Below are positions 20,077-31,273 of a DNA stretch of 63,314 nt, in pieces. The position numbers and the translations under genes were made by a program. The first letter of the stretch is position 1. Each line of letters opens with the position of its first letter. The stretch is from a bacterium (lineage in GTDB: Bacteria > Hydrothermota > 32-111). The stretch spans positions 1-63,314 of the forward strand of contig JAWOBN010000098.1 in assembly GCA_046484245.1 (NCBI GenBank), written 5' to 3'. Below the pieces are notes generated by a model. It was not told the origin of the DNA and made no database searches. It saw nothing but the letters and a program-made list of their open reading frames with translations.

Positions 20077-20913
20077 TTATCTGTATTGAGGATTGGCAAT
20101 CTTCCTCAGATCGGGTATATAGCCCGGTGTATTGATCATTAAGTTATATATTGTATTGTCTCTGTCGCGTTTTGTCAACATAGTAATGACATCAATATTG
20201 ACAGCAAACTCATATGCACTCATGTATGTCCACCATGGGCTGTTGTATTCTTCAATGAGCTCTCTGTTGTATGACCAGTACAGATCCACCCCGGGGAGAA
20301 ATCCGTAATATTTAAGGAGTGCAGTGCAGGTTCCGGTGATATTGGCAGTGAGGTCAATCACATCAAAGCCCTCATTTCTCTGATGCCCGTCCAGATATTC
20401 CTCAAGCAGTCCGAAACCTGTTACTATTAGAGAAGCACCGATAACAGACCAGTTGGACAGCCCGGGATTGTACTGGCCATTCACCAGTATTGAATATGTT
20501 TTGTCAAGTATTGTTGCTGCAGGTATGACAGGTATATATGAATATACAAGGTGCACTCCCCTGTCACAATGCGTGTACTGATTCTTCATATCCTCCCATG
20601 ACCTGAAATGGAAATCAACAGCCTGGTCGGGTGATACATGCTGAGGACTGGTGAATTTTGCCCATCTGGATGCAAAATACTCTCTATAATCACCATTGGT
20701 TGCAATAACCAGTGCTGCTGAAGCAGCTGTTACAGGTATTGCAATTCTCATTATGTCGGATAAATGCTCATTGCTGTAAACAACCCTTTTACTGTCATCA
20801 AAATGCATGTTTGCAGCATTGCTGTTAACAAATAATGCAGCAATAAAGACAATTACGGTTAATTTACAAATAGAATTTGCTGATCTGTTTCTTGAGTGCA
20901 ATGGTATCCACAC
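20077..20913 (-). CDS. hypothetical secreted/membrane protein
   Basis: 278 aa with a hydrophobic N-terminal segment (KLTVIVFIAALFV). No family recognised. The start overlaps the cdaA 3' end by 50 nt, so the true start is uncertain. It occupies the position downstream of cdaA. Confidence 0.4.
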   Translation of the reverse strand: MWIPLHSRNRSANSICKLTVIVFIAALFVNSNAANMHFDDSKRVVYSNEHLSDIMRIAIPVTAASAALVIATNGDYREYFASRWAKFTSPQHVSPDQAVDFHFRSWEDMKNQYTHCDRGVHLVYSYIPVIPAATILDKTYSILVNGQYNPGLSNWSVIGASLIVTGFGLLEEYLDGHQRNEGFDVIDLTANITGTCTALLKYYGFLPGVDLYWSYNRELIEEYNSPWWTYMSAYEFAVNIDVITMLTKRDRDNTIYNLMINTPGYIPDLRKIANPQYR

Positions 20914-21601
20914 CTCTGTTTAAATTACCCTTATGCGCAATGGTTATTGTTCTTCTCTCTTCAGACACCACTATGATAAAGGCATCTGTCTCCTCGGACA
21001 GACCGAGGGCTGCCCTGTGGCGGGTTCCGAGATTGATATCGGGAAGAGGGTTCTCGGACAGCGGCAGTATGCAGGCTGCAGCAGTGATCTTCTCATCCTT
21101 GATAATCACAGCACCATCGTGAAGCGGTGATTTCTTGGAGAATATTGACACGAGCAGTTCTGCATTGAGTTCAGCATCCAGTTCTATGCCGGTCATTGTG
21201 ATATTCTTCAGACCGATTCTGCCCTCAAGCACTATCAGCGCACCAATGCCCCTGTCTGAAAGATTCTGCACAGAACGCACTATTCTGTCAATAAATGTCT
21301 TCCTGCTCTCCTCATAGAAATAACGGACTAACCTGGATTTCCCGAGCATGGTGAGTGCATTCCTGATCTCCGGCTGAAAGAGTATGACAAATGCTATTAT
21401 CCATACTGTCTTGAGTGAATTGAGAAGCCAGGAGAGACCTGACAGATTGAATATATTGGCAAGGAATGTAATGAAGAAAATAACAAGCAGACCTATGAAC
21501 ATCTGCATTGCCCTTGTTCCCTTGATGAATTTGAGCAATTGATAAATGCCTATTGTTATTATGGCAATATCAACAACATCTATCAGTGTAAAACTGAACA
21601 T
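20864..21601 (-). CDS. cdaA: diadenylate cyclase CdaA (c-di-AMP synthase)
   Basis: 245 aa. Three N-terminal TM helices and a DisA_N domain with PLHDGAVII and GTRHRAALGLSEETDA motifs. Confidence 0.9.
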   Translation of the reverse strand: MFSFTLIDVVDIAIITIGIYQLLKFIKGTRAMQMFIGLLVIFFITFLANIFNLSGLSWLLNSLKTVWIIAFVILFQPEIRNALTMLGKSRLVRYFYEESRKTFIDRIVRSVQNLSDRGIGALIVLEGRIGLKNITMTGIELDAELNAELLVSIFSKKSPLHDGAVIIKDEKITAAACILPLSENPLPDINLGTRHRAALGLSEETDAFIIVVSEERRTITIAHKGNLNRGVDTIALKKQISKFYL

Positions 21602-22776
21602 CTCTCTATTTTCTCCACTGTCTTAAGTGCTAAAAAGTTTTCCTTTACATTATGCACACGGAATATCCGCGCACCATTCAAATATGCTGCTGTATTGGAT
21701 ACAGCAGACGGCAGAATCCGATTGTCCTTCTCCAGGCCCAGATACCTGCCTATATAACTCTTATTGGATGCACCGATAAGCACAGGTCTTTTCAGGGATT
21801 TGAGTACAGGTATTTTTGACAGTATTTCAAAATTATGGTCCACTGTCTTCCCGAATCCGATACCCGGGTCAATGGCAATACTCTTTATGTCCATGCCGCT
21901 CTCAGCGGCTTTTTTCAGTGAATTCTCCAGATAATCGGTTATCTCAAACATCAGATTGTCATATTGGGGATTGTCCTGCATATCACGCGGTGTGCCCTTT
22001 ATATGCATTGCAACAGCAGACATTTCCTTGCGCGCAATTGTCTCAGCCATATTCTTGTCAAAATTGAACCCGCTTATATCATTTATTATATCAGCTCCTG
22101 CGTCACCTGCAGCAGAAGCGACCTCTGCTCTATATGTGTCCACTGATATGTAAATACCGGGGAATTTGCTGCGGATAGCCCTCAGTGCGGGCAATACCCT
22201 ATCCAGTTCCTCCTTGATACTTATATTATCAGCACCGGGCCTTGTTGACTGTCCGCCTATGTCAATGATATCAGCACCCTCTTCAATCATCTTTCCGGTA
22301 TGTCTTAAAACATCATCCGCACCGGAATGTTTGCCTCCGTCATAGAATGAATCAGGCGTGACATTGAGTATGCCCATTATGATAAATGGTTTACTGATAA
22401 TATTTCCGCCCCTGACAGACCAATATGCTTCATTGTCCAGAATAGCCGTTATTTTCTCCATCATTGCGCTGAGAGAGAATGGCTGTGCCTTGAGTTTGGC
22501 TGCCATTTTCATTATCTGGGACCTGTTGCATATCATAACTGCATCAGAGAGCTTCTTTGAGCCTGATATCACATCCCTGTGTATGGCAACATCACCGCCT
22601 ACAGAGAGTGCCTCCTGTTTGATTATATTGGCTGCCTCAATCCTGATATCCTTCAGATAGAAGACCGGTGCTTTTATCTTATTGTTGAGCAGGTCAATGC
22701 AGTATGAGTCAGCACCTGTTGCTTCAATATAGTCCCTGTACCTGTTGTCCTCAGCCCTCAGCATATAGATCTTCAT
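21583..22776 (-). CDS. folP: dihydropteroate synthase with ~125-aa N-terminal extension
   Basis: 397 aa. The C-terminal ~270 aa are pterin-binding DHPS (IMGILNVTPDSFYDGG, DIGGQSTRPG, NDISG, IDPGIGFGK). The N-terminal domain was not recognised. Confidence 0.9.
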   Translation of the reverse strand: MKIYMLRAEDNRYRDYIEATGADSYCIDLLNNKIKAPVFYLKDIRIEAANIIKQEALSVGGDVAIHRDVISGSKKLSDAVMICNRSQIMKMAAKLKAQPFSLSAMMEKITAILDNEAYWSVRGGNIISKPFIIMGILNVTPDSFYDGGKHSGADDVLRHTGKMIEEGADIIDIGGQSTRPGADNISIKEELDRVLPALRAIRSKFPGIYISVDTYRAEVASAAGDAGADIINDISGFNFDKNMAETIARKEMSAVAMHIKGTPRDMQDNPQYDNLMFEITDYLENSLKKAAESGMDIKSIAIDPGIGFGKTVDHNFEILSKIPVLKSLKRPVLIGASNKSYIGRYLGLEKDNRILPSAVSNTAAYLNGARIFRVHNVKENFLALKTVEKIERCSVLH

Positions 22777-23363
22777 ATATTCTTCCTGCCTGCCCCTATG
22801 AGATTGAGTGCTTCCTGGCGTGTAATATCATTCTTCATTATGCCCCTTATAGCGGACGTTATAGTATATGTGCCCGGTTTCTTTATGCCTCTCATATATA
22901 AACAGAGCTGCTCTGCCTCCACAATGACAAATATGCCCCTGGGGTTGAGAAGCTTGACAAGTGTGTCTGCAATATCAGTTGTAAGACGTTCCTGTATCTG
23001 AGGTCTCTTGGACATTGTATCCACAACCTCAATGAGGTTGGAGAAACCGGTGATTTTATTGTTCTTGGGTATATAGGCAATATGCACAACCCCGTAGAAT
23101 GGCAGGAGATGGTGCTCACACATTGAATAGAATGGTATATCCCTCAGTATAATCATCTCATCCTGATTCTTTGTCTCATAGAGCTTGATGTCTTTCTTCA
23201 CATCCCTCGTCAGGCCCGAAAATATCTCACTGTACATGTCAGCAACCCTCTTGGGTGTATCCCTGAAATTGGGGCTGTCAAGATCTATGTCCAGCCCCTC
23301 CAGTATCATCTCCATGCCTCTCTTTATTTTCTCTTTATCTATCTTCTCCATCATTTTCTCCAT
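22773..23363 (-). CDS. folE: GTP cyclohydrolase I
   Basis: FolE core motifs are present (RDTPKRVADMY, SMCEHHLLPF, SKRPQIQERLT). I trimmed the start to M44 of the 239-aa ORF. The Lys-rich upstream part is an out-of-frame read of the ftsH acidic tail. M60 (23315) is an alternative start. Confidence 0.85.
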   Translation of the reverse strand: MEKMMEKIDKEKIKRGMEMILEGLDIDLDSPNFRDTPKRVADMYSEIFSGLTRDVKKDIKLYETKNQDEMIILRDIPFYSMCEHHLLPFYGVVHIAYIPKNNKITGFSNLIEVVDTMSKRPQIQERLTTDIADTLVKLLNPRGIFVIVEAEQLCLYMRGIKKPGTYTITSAIRGIMKNDITRQEALNLIGAGRKNI

Positions 23364-25278
23364 CCGCTTTATCCGCTTCTTCTTCATTATTCTCTTCTTC
23401 TGACTCTTCATTCCCTTTTTCAGGTGCACTGACCTCTTCTTCAATTTCTTCTTCAATCTCTTCTTCAATAGGGGGCAGTTCCTTACCCTCAATTATCATA
23501 TCTATCTCTTCCTGATTCAATGTCTCTCTTTCCAGTAATGCTTCCGCCATGCGTTCAAGTATATCCCTGTGCTCACCCAGTATCTTGCTTGCCTTGTTTA
23601 GTGCAGTATTGATTATTTCCTTTATCTCACTGTCTATAACAGATGCTGTCTCATCGGAATAATCCTTATGCTGGGATATCTCCCTGCCGAGGAATATATT
23701 GTCATTGGGATTTGCATATGAAAGCGGGCCCACCTTGTCGCTCATTCCCCACTCGCATACCATCTTGTGGGCTATTTTTGTTGCCCGTTCAATATCATTG
23801 CCTGCACCTGTTGTGACTGATTCCAGTATCAGTGTCTCAGCAGCCCTGCCGCCCAGAAGTGAAACTATCTGGTCAAGGAGATAATCCTTGGAATACATGT
23901 GTTTGTCATCCTCAGGGAGATACTGCGTGACTCCCAGTGCCCTGCCTCTGGGTATGACAGTAACCTTGTGAACACTGTCGGCATGGTCTGAGAACTTTGA
24001 TGTTATCACATGGCCTGATTCATGATAGGCGCTTATTCTCTTCTCCTCATCGGATATTACTGCTGATTTCCTCTCAAGTCCCATTATGACCTTATCCTTT
24101 GCTTCCTCAAAATCCTCCATCTCCACCTGCTTCTTGTCCCTGCGGGCTGCCAGGAGTGCTGCCTCATTGACCATATTGGCAATATCAGCACCGACAAATC
24201 CCGGAGTGGATTTTGCAAGAATAATAAAGTCCACATCATCACTGAGTGGTATCTTCTCTGTATGTATTTCAAATATCTTCTCCCTGCCTTTGACATCAGG
24301 CCTGTTGACAATGACCCTTCTGTCAAATCTGCCCGGTCTTAAAAGAGCGGGGTCCAGTATATCGGGCCTGTTTGTGGCAGCCATTACTATGACACCCTCA
24401 TTTGTATCAAAACCGTCCATTTCAACGAGCAATTGATTCAATGTCTGTTCCCTCTCATCATGCCCGCCGCCTATGCCTGCTCCGCGGTGTCTGCCCACTG
24501 CATCCAGTTCATCAATGAAGATTATTGAAGGAGAATTGGCTTTTGCCTTATTGAAGAGGTCCCTAACCCTTGAGGCGCCTACACCTACAAACATCTCAAC
24601 AAAATCTGATCCCGAGATTGTGTAGAATGGTGTGCCGGCTTCACCTGCAACGGATTTTGCCAGCAGGGTCTTGCCTGTTCCCGGTGCGCCCATGAGGATT
24701 ACACCCCTGGGTATCTTGCCTCCGAGCCGTGTGTATTTACCGGGATGTCTGAGGAAATCAACAATTTCACTGAGCTCAGCCTTTGCCTCCTTGACTCCTG
24801 CCACATCCTTGAATTTGACCTTGGGCATAAGCACCATCTTTGCCTTGGATTTACCGAAGCGGAATGCCTTGTTCTGACCTGATGACATCTGGCGGAATAT
24901 GATAAACCAGAAGAATGCGAACATTGCTATGGGAAGCAGATAGGGCAGTACATTTGTCCAGAAACTGCCGGGCGGTTCAACGGATATCTCCACATCCATC
25001 TCCACCATTTCCCTTATCAATTCACTGTCTTCATAAGGTATGCGTGTTTTGAAGCCCTTCTCAGTGTCCCTGTATCTGCCTGAAATATCCTTTCCTGTTA
25101 TTGTAACAGACTCAATTCTGCCTGCATTCAACTCTTTATTGAACTGGGAATATTCAATATCTTCATATTGATTATTGAATGATGAATAAACAATACTCAC
25201 TACTATAAAAACAGCAATAAGGGATACCCAGATAAGTATTGACCTCCACTGGCTGCCCTCCGGTTTGAATCTTTTCAT
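23335..25278 (-). CDS. ftsH: ATP-dependent zinc metalloprotease FtsH
   Basis: 647 aa. Two TM helices, Walker A GAPGTGKT, Walker B IIFIDELD, a zinc HEXXH site (YHESGH) and an acidic C-terminal tail. Confidence 0.95.
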   Translation of the reverse strand: MKRFKPEGSQWRSILIWVSLIAVFIVVSIVYSSFNNQYEDIEYSQFNKELNAGRIESVTITGKDISGRYRDTEKGFKTRIPYEDSELIREMVEMDVEISVEPPGSFWTNVLPYLLPIAMFAFFWFIIFRQMSSGQNKAFRFGKSKAKMVLMPKVKFKDVAGVKEAKAELSEIVDFLRHPGKYTRLGGKIPRGVILMGAPGTGKTLLAKSVAGEAGTPFYTISGSDFVEMFVGVGASRVRDLFNKAKANSPSIIFIDELDAVGRHRGAGIGGGHDEREQTLNQLLVEMDGFDTNEGVIVMAATNRPDILDPALLRPGRFDRRVIVNRPDVKGREKIFEIHTEKIPLSDDVDFIILAKSTPGFVGADIANMVNEAALLAARRDKKQVEMEDFEEAKDKVIMGLERKSAVISDEEKRISAYHESGHVITSKFSDHADSVHKVTVIPRGRALGVTQYLPEDDKHMYSKDYLLDQIVSLLGGRAAETLILESVTTGAGNDIERATKIAHKMVCEWGMSDKVGPLSYANPNDNIFLGREISQHKDYSDETASVIDSEIKEIINTALNKASKILGEHRDILERMAEALLERETLNQEEIDMIIEGKELPPIEEEIEEEIEEEVSAPEKGNEESEEENNEEEADKADGENDGEDR

Positions 25279-25802
25279 TATTCCTCCATTAAAATGCCCA
25301 CATAGGGCAGATTCCTGTAATACTGTGCATGGTCAAGCCCGAAACCCACAACAAAATGATCTTCTATTTCAAAGCATGCATGATCGGGTATAAGTTCGGT
25401 TTTCCTCCTTGAGGGCTTATCCAGCAGTGTGATTATCTTGAGTGACTTCGGGTTATTGGCAAGCACCTTCTTTTTGAGGAATGACAGTGTTGTCCCTGTA
25501 TCAATAATATCCTCCACAATAACCACATGCCTCTCTTCAATATTAATTGTAAGGTCCTCTTCAATACGGACAATACCTGAACTGACCTTCCGGCTGCCGT
25601 ATGATGAAATGACCATAAAATCCACATTGAGCCGTATATCCATTTTGAGAAGCAGCCTGGATGCAAAGACGAATGCGCCTTTGAGTATCACAATGAATAT
25701 GGGGTCTTTGCCCCTGTACTCATCATCCAGTTGGGAAGCAAGGCCGGTAATGGATTTATTCAGCTCATCTTCATCTATCAGTTTGCTTATCTTCTCTGAC
25801 AT
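25278..25802 (-). CDS. hpt: hypoxanthine phosphoribosyltransferase
   Basis: 174 aa with the PRPP-binding loop VVIVEDIIDTGTTL. Lies in the conserved tilS-hpt-ftsH order. Confidence 0.9.
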   Translation of the reverse strand: MSEKISKLIDEDELNKSITGLASQLDDEYRGKDPIFIVILKGAFVFASRLLLKMDIRLNVDFMVISSYGSRKVSSGIVRIEEDLTINIEERHVVIVEDIIDTGTTLSFLKKKVLANNPKSLKIITLLDKPSRRKTELIPDHACFEIEDHFVVGFGLDHAQYYRNLPYVGILMEE

Positions 25803-27129
25803 AAATCTCCAGTATCTCCTTTTGACTGTTTATTCTGTATTTATCTGTTCTCCTGTATCCTGCAATCCACAGTATTTCATCTTTCTCATTGACTATCAGA
25901 GGAATTGAGCTCCTTCTCACAGCAGGTATCTTTCTATTCATCAAATACCGGCTTATTTTGACAGTACCGTCAAGACCGAATGGCCTGAACCTGTCTCCTG
26001 CTTGTCTCCGCCTCACTGTGAGACTTTTGAATGACTCGGAAGGCAGACAGACAGTATTAATGTCATCAAAATGCGGTGACTGAGTCCACCGGGCTGCAAT
26101 AGTATAGTCGCCCCACCTGATCTCACTGCCCGGCTCCAGTTTTACTGCCTCCGGTTTTGCCTCTTCGACAATGGGGTCTGCAGTCACTGTCAGTCTGTTA
26201 TAGTCCTTCATTACTGTAAATGGTTTAAACTGCTTAATGAGAGATTGTTTGCGTGACCGTGCAATTTTATCAATCTCACTTATTATTCCGCTGTTTAGAT
26301 TGTAAAGATCATTCAGTGCATAATAGATAAGAATTTTTGATATTTTATTATTATATATGATTAACCGGTCAATATCAAGAATAATATCACCATGGCCTTG
26401 AGTTATGATATCATCTGCATACCGGCCTGCAAAGAATTCCATTGCTTCAGAGTACTGTTCAAGTATATCCAGTGTATCTGCAATACCCGGCAGTCCCCCT
26501 TCCATATATTCTTCCAGAACCGGAATTATATTATGTCTTATCCTGTTGCGGGCAAAGGACTCATCCCTGTTCGTCTTATCCGTGATATACTCTATCTCAT
26601 TTCTGTCAAGCCAGTCAGTAATCTGGCTTTTGGTGAGGAACAGCAGGGGCTTGATGAATCTGTCCCTCTTGACCTTCATTGCAACAAGGCCGTTGAGCCC
26701 GCTTCCCCTCTCCATATTGATAAGAAAGGTCTCTATCCTGTCTGTCATATTATGGCCTGTAAGAACATAATCATAATTGAATTTCCTCATATCATGCTCA
26801 AAGAGCTCAAGCCGTTTATTGCGTGCAGCCATTTCAAATCCTACAGAAGCCGCTTGCTGAGACACCGGTATATTGTGTTTATAGAGGCTTAAAGCAATAT
26901 CATGCTTTCTGCAGAAGTCACTGACAAATGACTCCTCACTGTCTGACTGAGGCCTTTCACAATGATTGAGATGCATTATCCTGAAAACCACATCACCCGA
27001 CTGTCTCAGATGAAGCAGATAGTGAATCAGCAGCATTGAATCAGGACCGCCGGAGAATCCGGCAATAATCCTCTTTCCCTCTAATTCAATACTGTTATCT
27101 GCCAGAAAACGGCTTATTTTTTTAAACAT
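25771..27129 (-). CDS. tilS: tRNA(Ile)-lysidine synthase
   Basis: 452 aa with the N-type ATP-PPase P-loop AGFSGGPDSMLL. Lies upstream of hpt-ftsH. Confidence 0.9.
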   Translation of the reverse strand: MFKKISRFLADNSIELEGKRIIAGFSGGPDSMLLIHYLLHLRQSGDVVFRIMHLNHCERPQSDSEESFVSDFCRKHDIALSLYKHNIPVSQQAASVGFEMAARNKRLELFEHDMRKFNYDYVLTGHNMTDRIETFLINMERGSGLNGLVAMKVKRDRFIKPLLFLTKSQITDWLDRNEIEYITDKTNRDESFARNRIRHNIIPVLEEYMEGGLPGIADTLDILEQYSEAMEFFAGRYADDIITQGHGDIILDIDRLIIYNNKISKILIYYALNDLYNLNSGIISEIDKIARSRKQSLIKQFKPFTVMKDYNRLTVTADPIVEEAKPEAVKLEPGSEIRWGDYTIAARWTQSPHFDDINTVCLPSESFKSLTVRRRQAGDRFRPFGLDGTVKISRYLMNRKIPAVRRSSIPLIVNEKDEILWIAGYRRTDKYRINSQKEILEIYVREDKQTDR

Positions 27130-27190
27130 GTGTATAATATAATATATAAGAGAGGTTAATCAAGACCATTATGCATTTTCTATTGTCTGG

Positions 27191-27802
27191 TTACTTTTTG
27201 CCTGACAGAGAAATAATACTGTCCGTAATCATCTCAGCACCTTCATTCACAGATGTCTTCTCAGTGTCTATAAGAATCTCCGGACTAAGGGGCTCCTCAT
27301 AAGGTGAGCTGATGCCTGTGAAATATTCTATCTCCCCGTTTTCCGCTTTTGCGTATAATCCCTTGGGGTCGCGCTGTCTGCACACATCCAGAGATGCTTT
27401 CACATATACTTCAATGAATCTCCCTTCAGGCACCCGGGACCTTGCAAACTCCCGCGCCTCTCTGAATGGTGATATGAATGAGGCAAGTGTGATGATGCCT
27501 GCATCAGCCAGAAGTGCTGCCACTTCACTGATTCGTCTTATATTCTCATCCCTGTCCCGGGAGGAAAACCCCAGATCACTGTTCAGTCCATGCCTGATAT
27601 TGTCACCATCAAGTCTGAATGTGAGAAAGCCCCTCTCATGCAATGCCTTCTCAACAGCTACAGCCAGTGTGGATTTGCCTGAGCCGGAGAGACCGGTGAA
27701 CCAGACGACAATGCCCTTTTGACCGAGAAGCTCTTCCCTCTGCTCGCGTGTGATATGTCCTTTATGCCACTTAATATTCTTATCCATATTAATTATAATC
27801 AA
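27191..27802 (-). CDS. cysC: adenylylsulfate (APS) kinase
   Basis: 203 aa with a canonical P-loop ([12 protein letters not shown]) and the [11 protein letters not shown] motif. Confidence 0.9.
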   Translation of the reverse strand: MIIINMDKNIKWHKGHITREQREELLGQKGIVVWFTGLSGSGKSTLAVAVEKALHERGFLTFRLDGDNIRHGLNSDLGFSSRDRDENIRRISEVAALLADAGIITLASFISPFREAREFARSRVPEGRFIEVYVKASLDVCRQRDPKGLYAKAENGEIEYFTGISSPYEEPLSPEILIDTEKTSVNEGAEMITDSIISLSGKK

Positions 27803-29591
27803 AAATTACACCGTTTTCTATGAGCAGTCCTTCAATCCTCTCTACACTGTCTTCACTGTCCGGTGACAGGATTCTTATATCGGGTTCTATATCTGTTGTA
27901 ATGTCATCACCCATCCATACAGTGAATACATTGTCACTCTCTGTTACTGTCTGTATCAGTTCAATCTCGTCACTGGTCAGTTCCAGTGCAGTGATAATGA
28001 TTATCATGCCTGCATCCATCATAAGATATGCTATTTCACCCAGACGCCTGAGATGCTCTTTCTTGTCCTTCACCAGACCCTGTTCCTTTATATCAGCATC
28101 AACACCGTAAAGCACATTGCCCATACCCATATAATAGACCAGTTTGCCCTGAGAAAACAGCATTTTTTCAAGATTCCTTGCAATGACCTTTCTCCCGGAA
28201 TTCTTCTTGCCTGTAATAAAAACAAGTGATGCTTTCTGATTGTACCGTCCTGCTCTTGATTTCTTGGTAATATCGGAGATTATCCATTTCTCATTTCTCG
28301 TAATAACCTTGTCTCTGACCCAGGATTGCCTGTCGGATATGACCTCCGGTATGATGCCGCCTCCCGATATCTCATAATTGTTCACAATGACAAACCTGCC
28401 TGTCATCTGATTGTTGTCTATGATATCATATGCGAGCTCCTTCTTGAGAGTCAATATACACTCTGCTACATCATGACGCTCCACCCTGTCTTTACTGGTG
28501 AAGGAGAGATCGGACGCATCAATGACCTTCTCAATACTCTCCACTGTAAACGGTATTTTCTGTGTCCCTAGTTTTATCATATACTCACGGTCTGTTTCCA
28601 GCGGGTCTTTGTCCAGCCAGAATATATTGGCTTTGATCCTTCTGGATATCTCCGGCATATCCTGATCAATCCTGCATGCAATATCACCTCTCTTGACATA
28701 TATCTGCTCTGTGAGTGTAAACCCCGTGCTGTTGCCTGCCCTGTCACTGCCTTTCTTATCGCCATTGAAGTACTCTATTGTCTTCACAGTGCTCTTCTTG
28801 CCTGAAGGCATGAACATCAATGTATCATTGACATTGATAACACCTGTTTCAATCTTGCCTGCAATAATCCGCCTGTTGTCCCCGTCCCTGGTGAATTTAT
28901 ATACATCCTGCACAGGTATTCTCAGGGGCTTGTCTGTCTCAGGCAGTGATGCATCAAGTGAATCCAGGATATCTATTACAGTCATGCCTTCAAACCATTT
29001 CATATTGGACGAGGGTGCCACAATATTGTCACCCTTCAGACCGCTCACAGGTATGAAGATATCCGTTTCAATATTGATATCAGAGAGGAATGCCCTGTAA
29101 TCTGACTCTATACTGTTGAATACATCGCGTGAATAATCCACAAGGTCCATTTTATTTATTATTACTGCAATTTGCTTGATACCCAGCATTGAAAGAAGAT
29201 ATCCGTGCCGTTTTGAATTCTCCTTTATGCCTTCATCAGCATCAATGACAAGCAGAGCAGCATCGGCATTTGAAGCACCTGTAACCATGTTCTTGAGGAA
29301 TTCAATATGTCCGGGCGCATCCAGTATTGTGTACTGGCGTTTATCTGTTGAAAAGAATATGCGGGCTGAGTCAATTGTAATTCCCTGTGACTGTTCATCC
29401 TTCAATGCATCAAGCAGGAATGCATATTCAAATGGTCTTGAAGTCCGCCTGCAGTTTTCCCTGACCCTCTCCAGTTTGCCTTCAGGCAGTGAATCCGTAT
29501 CTGCCAGCATTCTTCCTATGATAGTGCTTTTGCCGTGGTCAACATGCCCCACGATTGCGATTTTCATATCCCTGTTTTCTCTGCCGGTCAT
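27789..29591 (-). CDS. cysN: sulfate adenylyltransferase subunit 1 (GTPase) fused to a degenerate APS-kinase-like C-terminal domain
   Basis: 600 aa. GTPase motifs [14 protein letters not shown] and NKMD are present. The last ~147 aa align to CysC, but the P-loop reads GKKNSGRKV and LDGD reads MGMG. Confidence 0.9.
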   Translation of the reverse strand: MTGRENRDMKIAIVGHVDHGKSTIIGRMLADTDSLPEGKLERVRENCRRTSRPFEYAFLLDALKDEQSQGITIDSARIFFSTDKRQYTILDAPGHIEFLKNMVTGASNADAALLVIDADEGIKENSKRHGYLLSMLGIKQIAVIINKMDLVDYSRDVFNSIESDYRAFLSDINIETDIFIPVSGLKGDNIVAPSSNMKWFEGMTVIDILDSLDASLPETDKPLRIPVQDVYKFTRDGDNRRIIAGKIETGVINVNDTLMFMPSGKKSTVKTIEYFNGDKKGSDRAGNSTGFTLTEQIYVKRGDIACRIDQDMPEISRRIKANIFWLDKDPLETDREYMIKLGTQKIPFTVESIEKVIDASDLSFTSKDRVERHDVAECILTLKKELAYDIIDNNQMTGRFVIVNNYEISGGGIIPEVISDRQSWVRDKVITRNEKWIISDITKKSRAGRYNQKASLVFITGKKNSGRKVIARNLEKMLFSQGKLVYYMGMGNVLYGVDADIKEQGLVKDKKEHLRRLGEIAYLMMDAGMIIIITALELTSDEIELIQTVTESDNVFTVWMGDDITTDIEPDIRILSPDSEDSVERIEGLLIENGVIFDYN

Positions 29592-29598
29592 ATATACC

Positions 29599-30480
29599 TC
29601 ACATATATCCGTCTTTTCTTAATTCTTCCAGACCGCCCCCGTCTTCCTTGTCCTGTTCCCTGCCTGCCCGTTCGGCAATCCTTGACAATCTGCCTGTCTT
29701 GAGTTCAGCCACCACCTCTTCAACATTTGATGCAGTGGAATCTATGGGCATTGTGCAGGGTGCACAGCCCAGAGACCTGTATCTTCTGCCACTGCCCCTG
29801 TCAAAATATAGGGACACAACCGGTATGTTCTCTGACTCTATATACTCCCAAATATTTGTCTCTGTCCAGTCCAGAAGGGGATGAATCCTCACATGTGTGC
29901 CCGGCGCGAACTCTGTCTTGAACTGATTCCAGAATTCAGGGGGCTGATTTTCAATATTCCAGTCATTATTGACATCACGGGGCGAGAAGTATCTCTCTTT
30001 GGATCTGCTTCCCTCCTCATCAGACCGCACGCCTACTATAACACCTGTAAAAGGCTCTTTATTACTGTCAATCTCATATCTGTCTGCAGCATGATTGAAT
30101 CTGTATCTGGGCCAGTCTCCGCTCAATGTATTCCTCAGTGCGTCTGTCTTGAGTTTCCTGCAGCACTCAAGATGCGTGGCATTGCCGTCCGGGAATGTCT
30201 CTTTATTCTGAAATGCTTTCTTATTCTGCCCGTATATCATATCAAGATGCCATTCCCTTGTGAGGCGGTCCCTGTATTCAATCATCTCCGGAATCTTGAA
30301 CCCCGTGTCTATGTGTATCAGGGGGAAAGGCACGTGCCCGAAGAAAGCCTTTCTTGCAAGCCAGAGCATTACTGTTGAATCCTTGCCTATTGACCACAGC
30401 ATGCAGAGGCTTTTGAAATTGCTGTATGCCTCTCTCAATATATAAACACTGTCATTCTCCAGTTTCTTCAAATGATTCAT
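29599..30480 (-). CDS. cysD: sulfate adenylyltransferase subunit 2
   Basis: 293 aa with a PAPS-reductase-fold P-loop ([14 protein letters not shown]). Sits directly upstream of cysN. Confidence 0.9.
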   Translation of the reverse strand: MNHLKKLENDSVYILREAYSNFKSLCMLWSIGKDSTVMLWLARKAFFGHVPFPLIHIDTGFKIPEMIEYRDRLTREWHLDMIYGQNKKAFQNKETFPDGNATHLECCRKLKTDALRNTLSGDWPRYRFNHAADRYEIDSNKEPFTGVIVGVRSDEEGSRSKERYFSPRDVNNDWNIENQPPEFWNQFKTEFAPGTHVRIHPLLDWTETNIWEYIESENIPVVSLYFDRGSGRRYRSLGCAPCTMPIDSTASNVEEVVAELKTGRLSRIAERAGREQDKEDGGGLEELRKDGYM

Positions 30481-30481
30481 C

Positions 30482-31270
30482 CTAATCTCCGTTTACAATG
30501 AATTTATGATTTCGGTTTATTGCAAAGAATCCCTTTTTATTGACAACATCCTTGCGGTTGTAGAGCAGAGGCGTATTGTCAATCTGCCTGAATATACCTC
30601 CTGCCTCCTCCACAATACAGTGCATTGCGCATGTGTCCCATTCATTGGTCGGATTGTACCTCATGTATATATCAGCTTCACCTGATGCAACCATGCAGCC
30701 CTTCAGAGAACTGCCCGCCTGCCTCTTTGATGTAATATAACTGTCATTCTTTTCAATGAACTGACTTAGTTTTGCAGATGCATGGGACCGGCTCATTACG
30801 AGAATCAGGTCCTCCTGTTTGTCTGAAACATGGATGCGCCTGCTTCTTCCTCTATGCTGAATATATGCACCCTCACCTGTATGAGCCCAGTAGAGTTCTC
30901 CCTTTACAGGGGAATACACAACACCCAGAACAGGCTGCTTTTTATAAGCAAGTGCAATATTGACAGTAAACTCACCATTCTTCTTGACAAATTCCTTTGT
31001 TCCGTCAAGAGGGTCTATTATCCATACAGTATCCCTGTCAAGTCTGCTCTTGTCATCCCTCTTCTCTTCTGAAAGAATCCCGTGGTCAAATCTCCTTGAT
31101 AATTCACTGACAATAATATCATTTGATTTCATATCCGCTTCAGTAAGCGGTGTCTTGTCATCCTTCAGTTCTACTGAGAAGTCACCTGTATAGATCTTCA
31201 TTATCTCAGTACCGGCTTTCACTGCCAGTGATGCTGCTGCTTCAAGTTCATCATTGTATTTCATCAACAC
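30482..31270 (-). CDS. cysQ: 3'(2'),5'-bisphosphate nucleotidase (inositol monophosphatase family)
   Basis: 262 aa. IMPase-family metal motifs (SEEK..., [17 protein letters not shown]) in a sulfur-activation operon context. Confidence 0.8.
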   Translation of the reverse strand: MLMKYNDELEAAASLAVKAGTEIMKIYTGDFSVELKDDKTPLTEADMKSNDIIVSELSRRFDHGILSEEKRDDKSRLDRDTVWIIDPLDGTKEFVKKNGEFTVNIALAYKKQPVLGVVYSPVKGELYWAHTGEGAYIQHRGRSRRIHVSDKQEDLILVMSRSHASAKLSQFIEKNDSYITSKRQAGSSLKGCMVASGEADIYMRYNPTNEWDTCAMHCIVEEAGGIFRQIDNTPLLYNRKDVVNKKGFFAINRNHKFIVNGD

Positions 31271-31273
31271 TCC

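Noticed and set aside
23364-23492. A Lys-rich 43-aa N-terminal extension of the folE ORF ([11 protein letters not shown]...).
   Set aside because: It is the same-strand, out-of-frame reading of the Glu-rich FtsH C-terminal tail. FolE homology begins after the internal Met residues.
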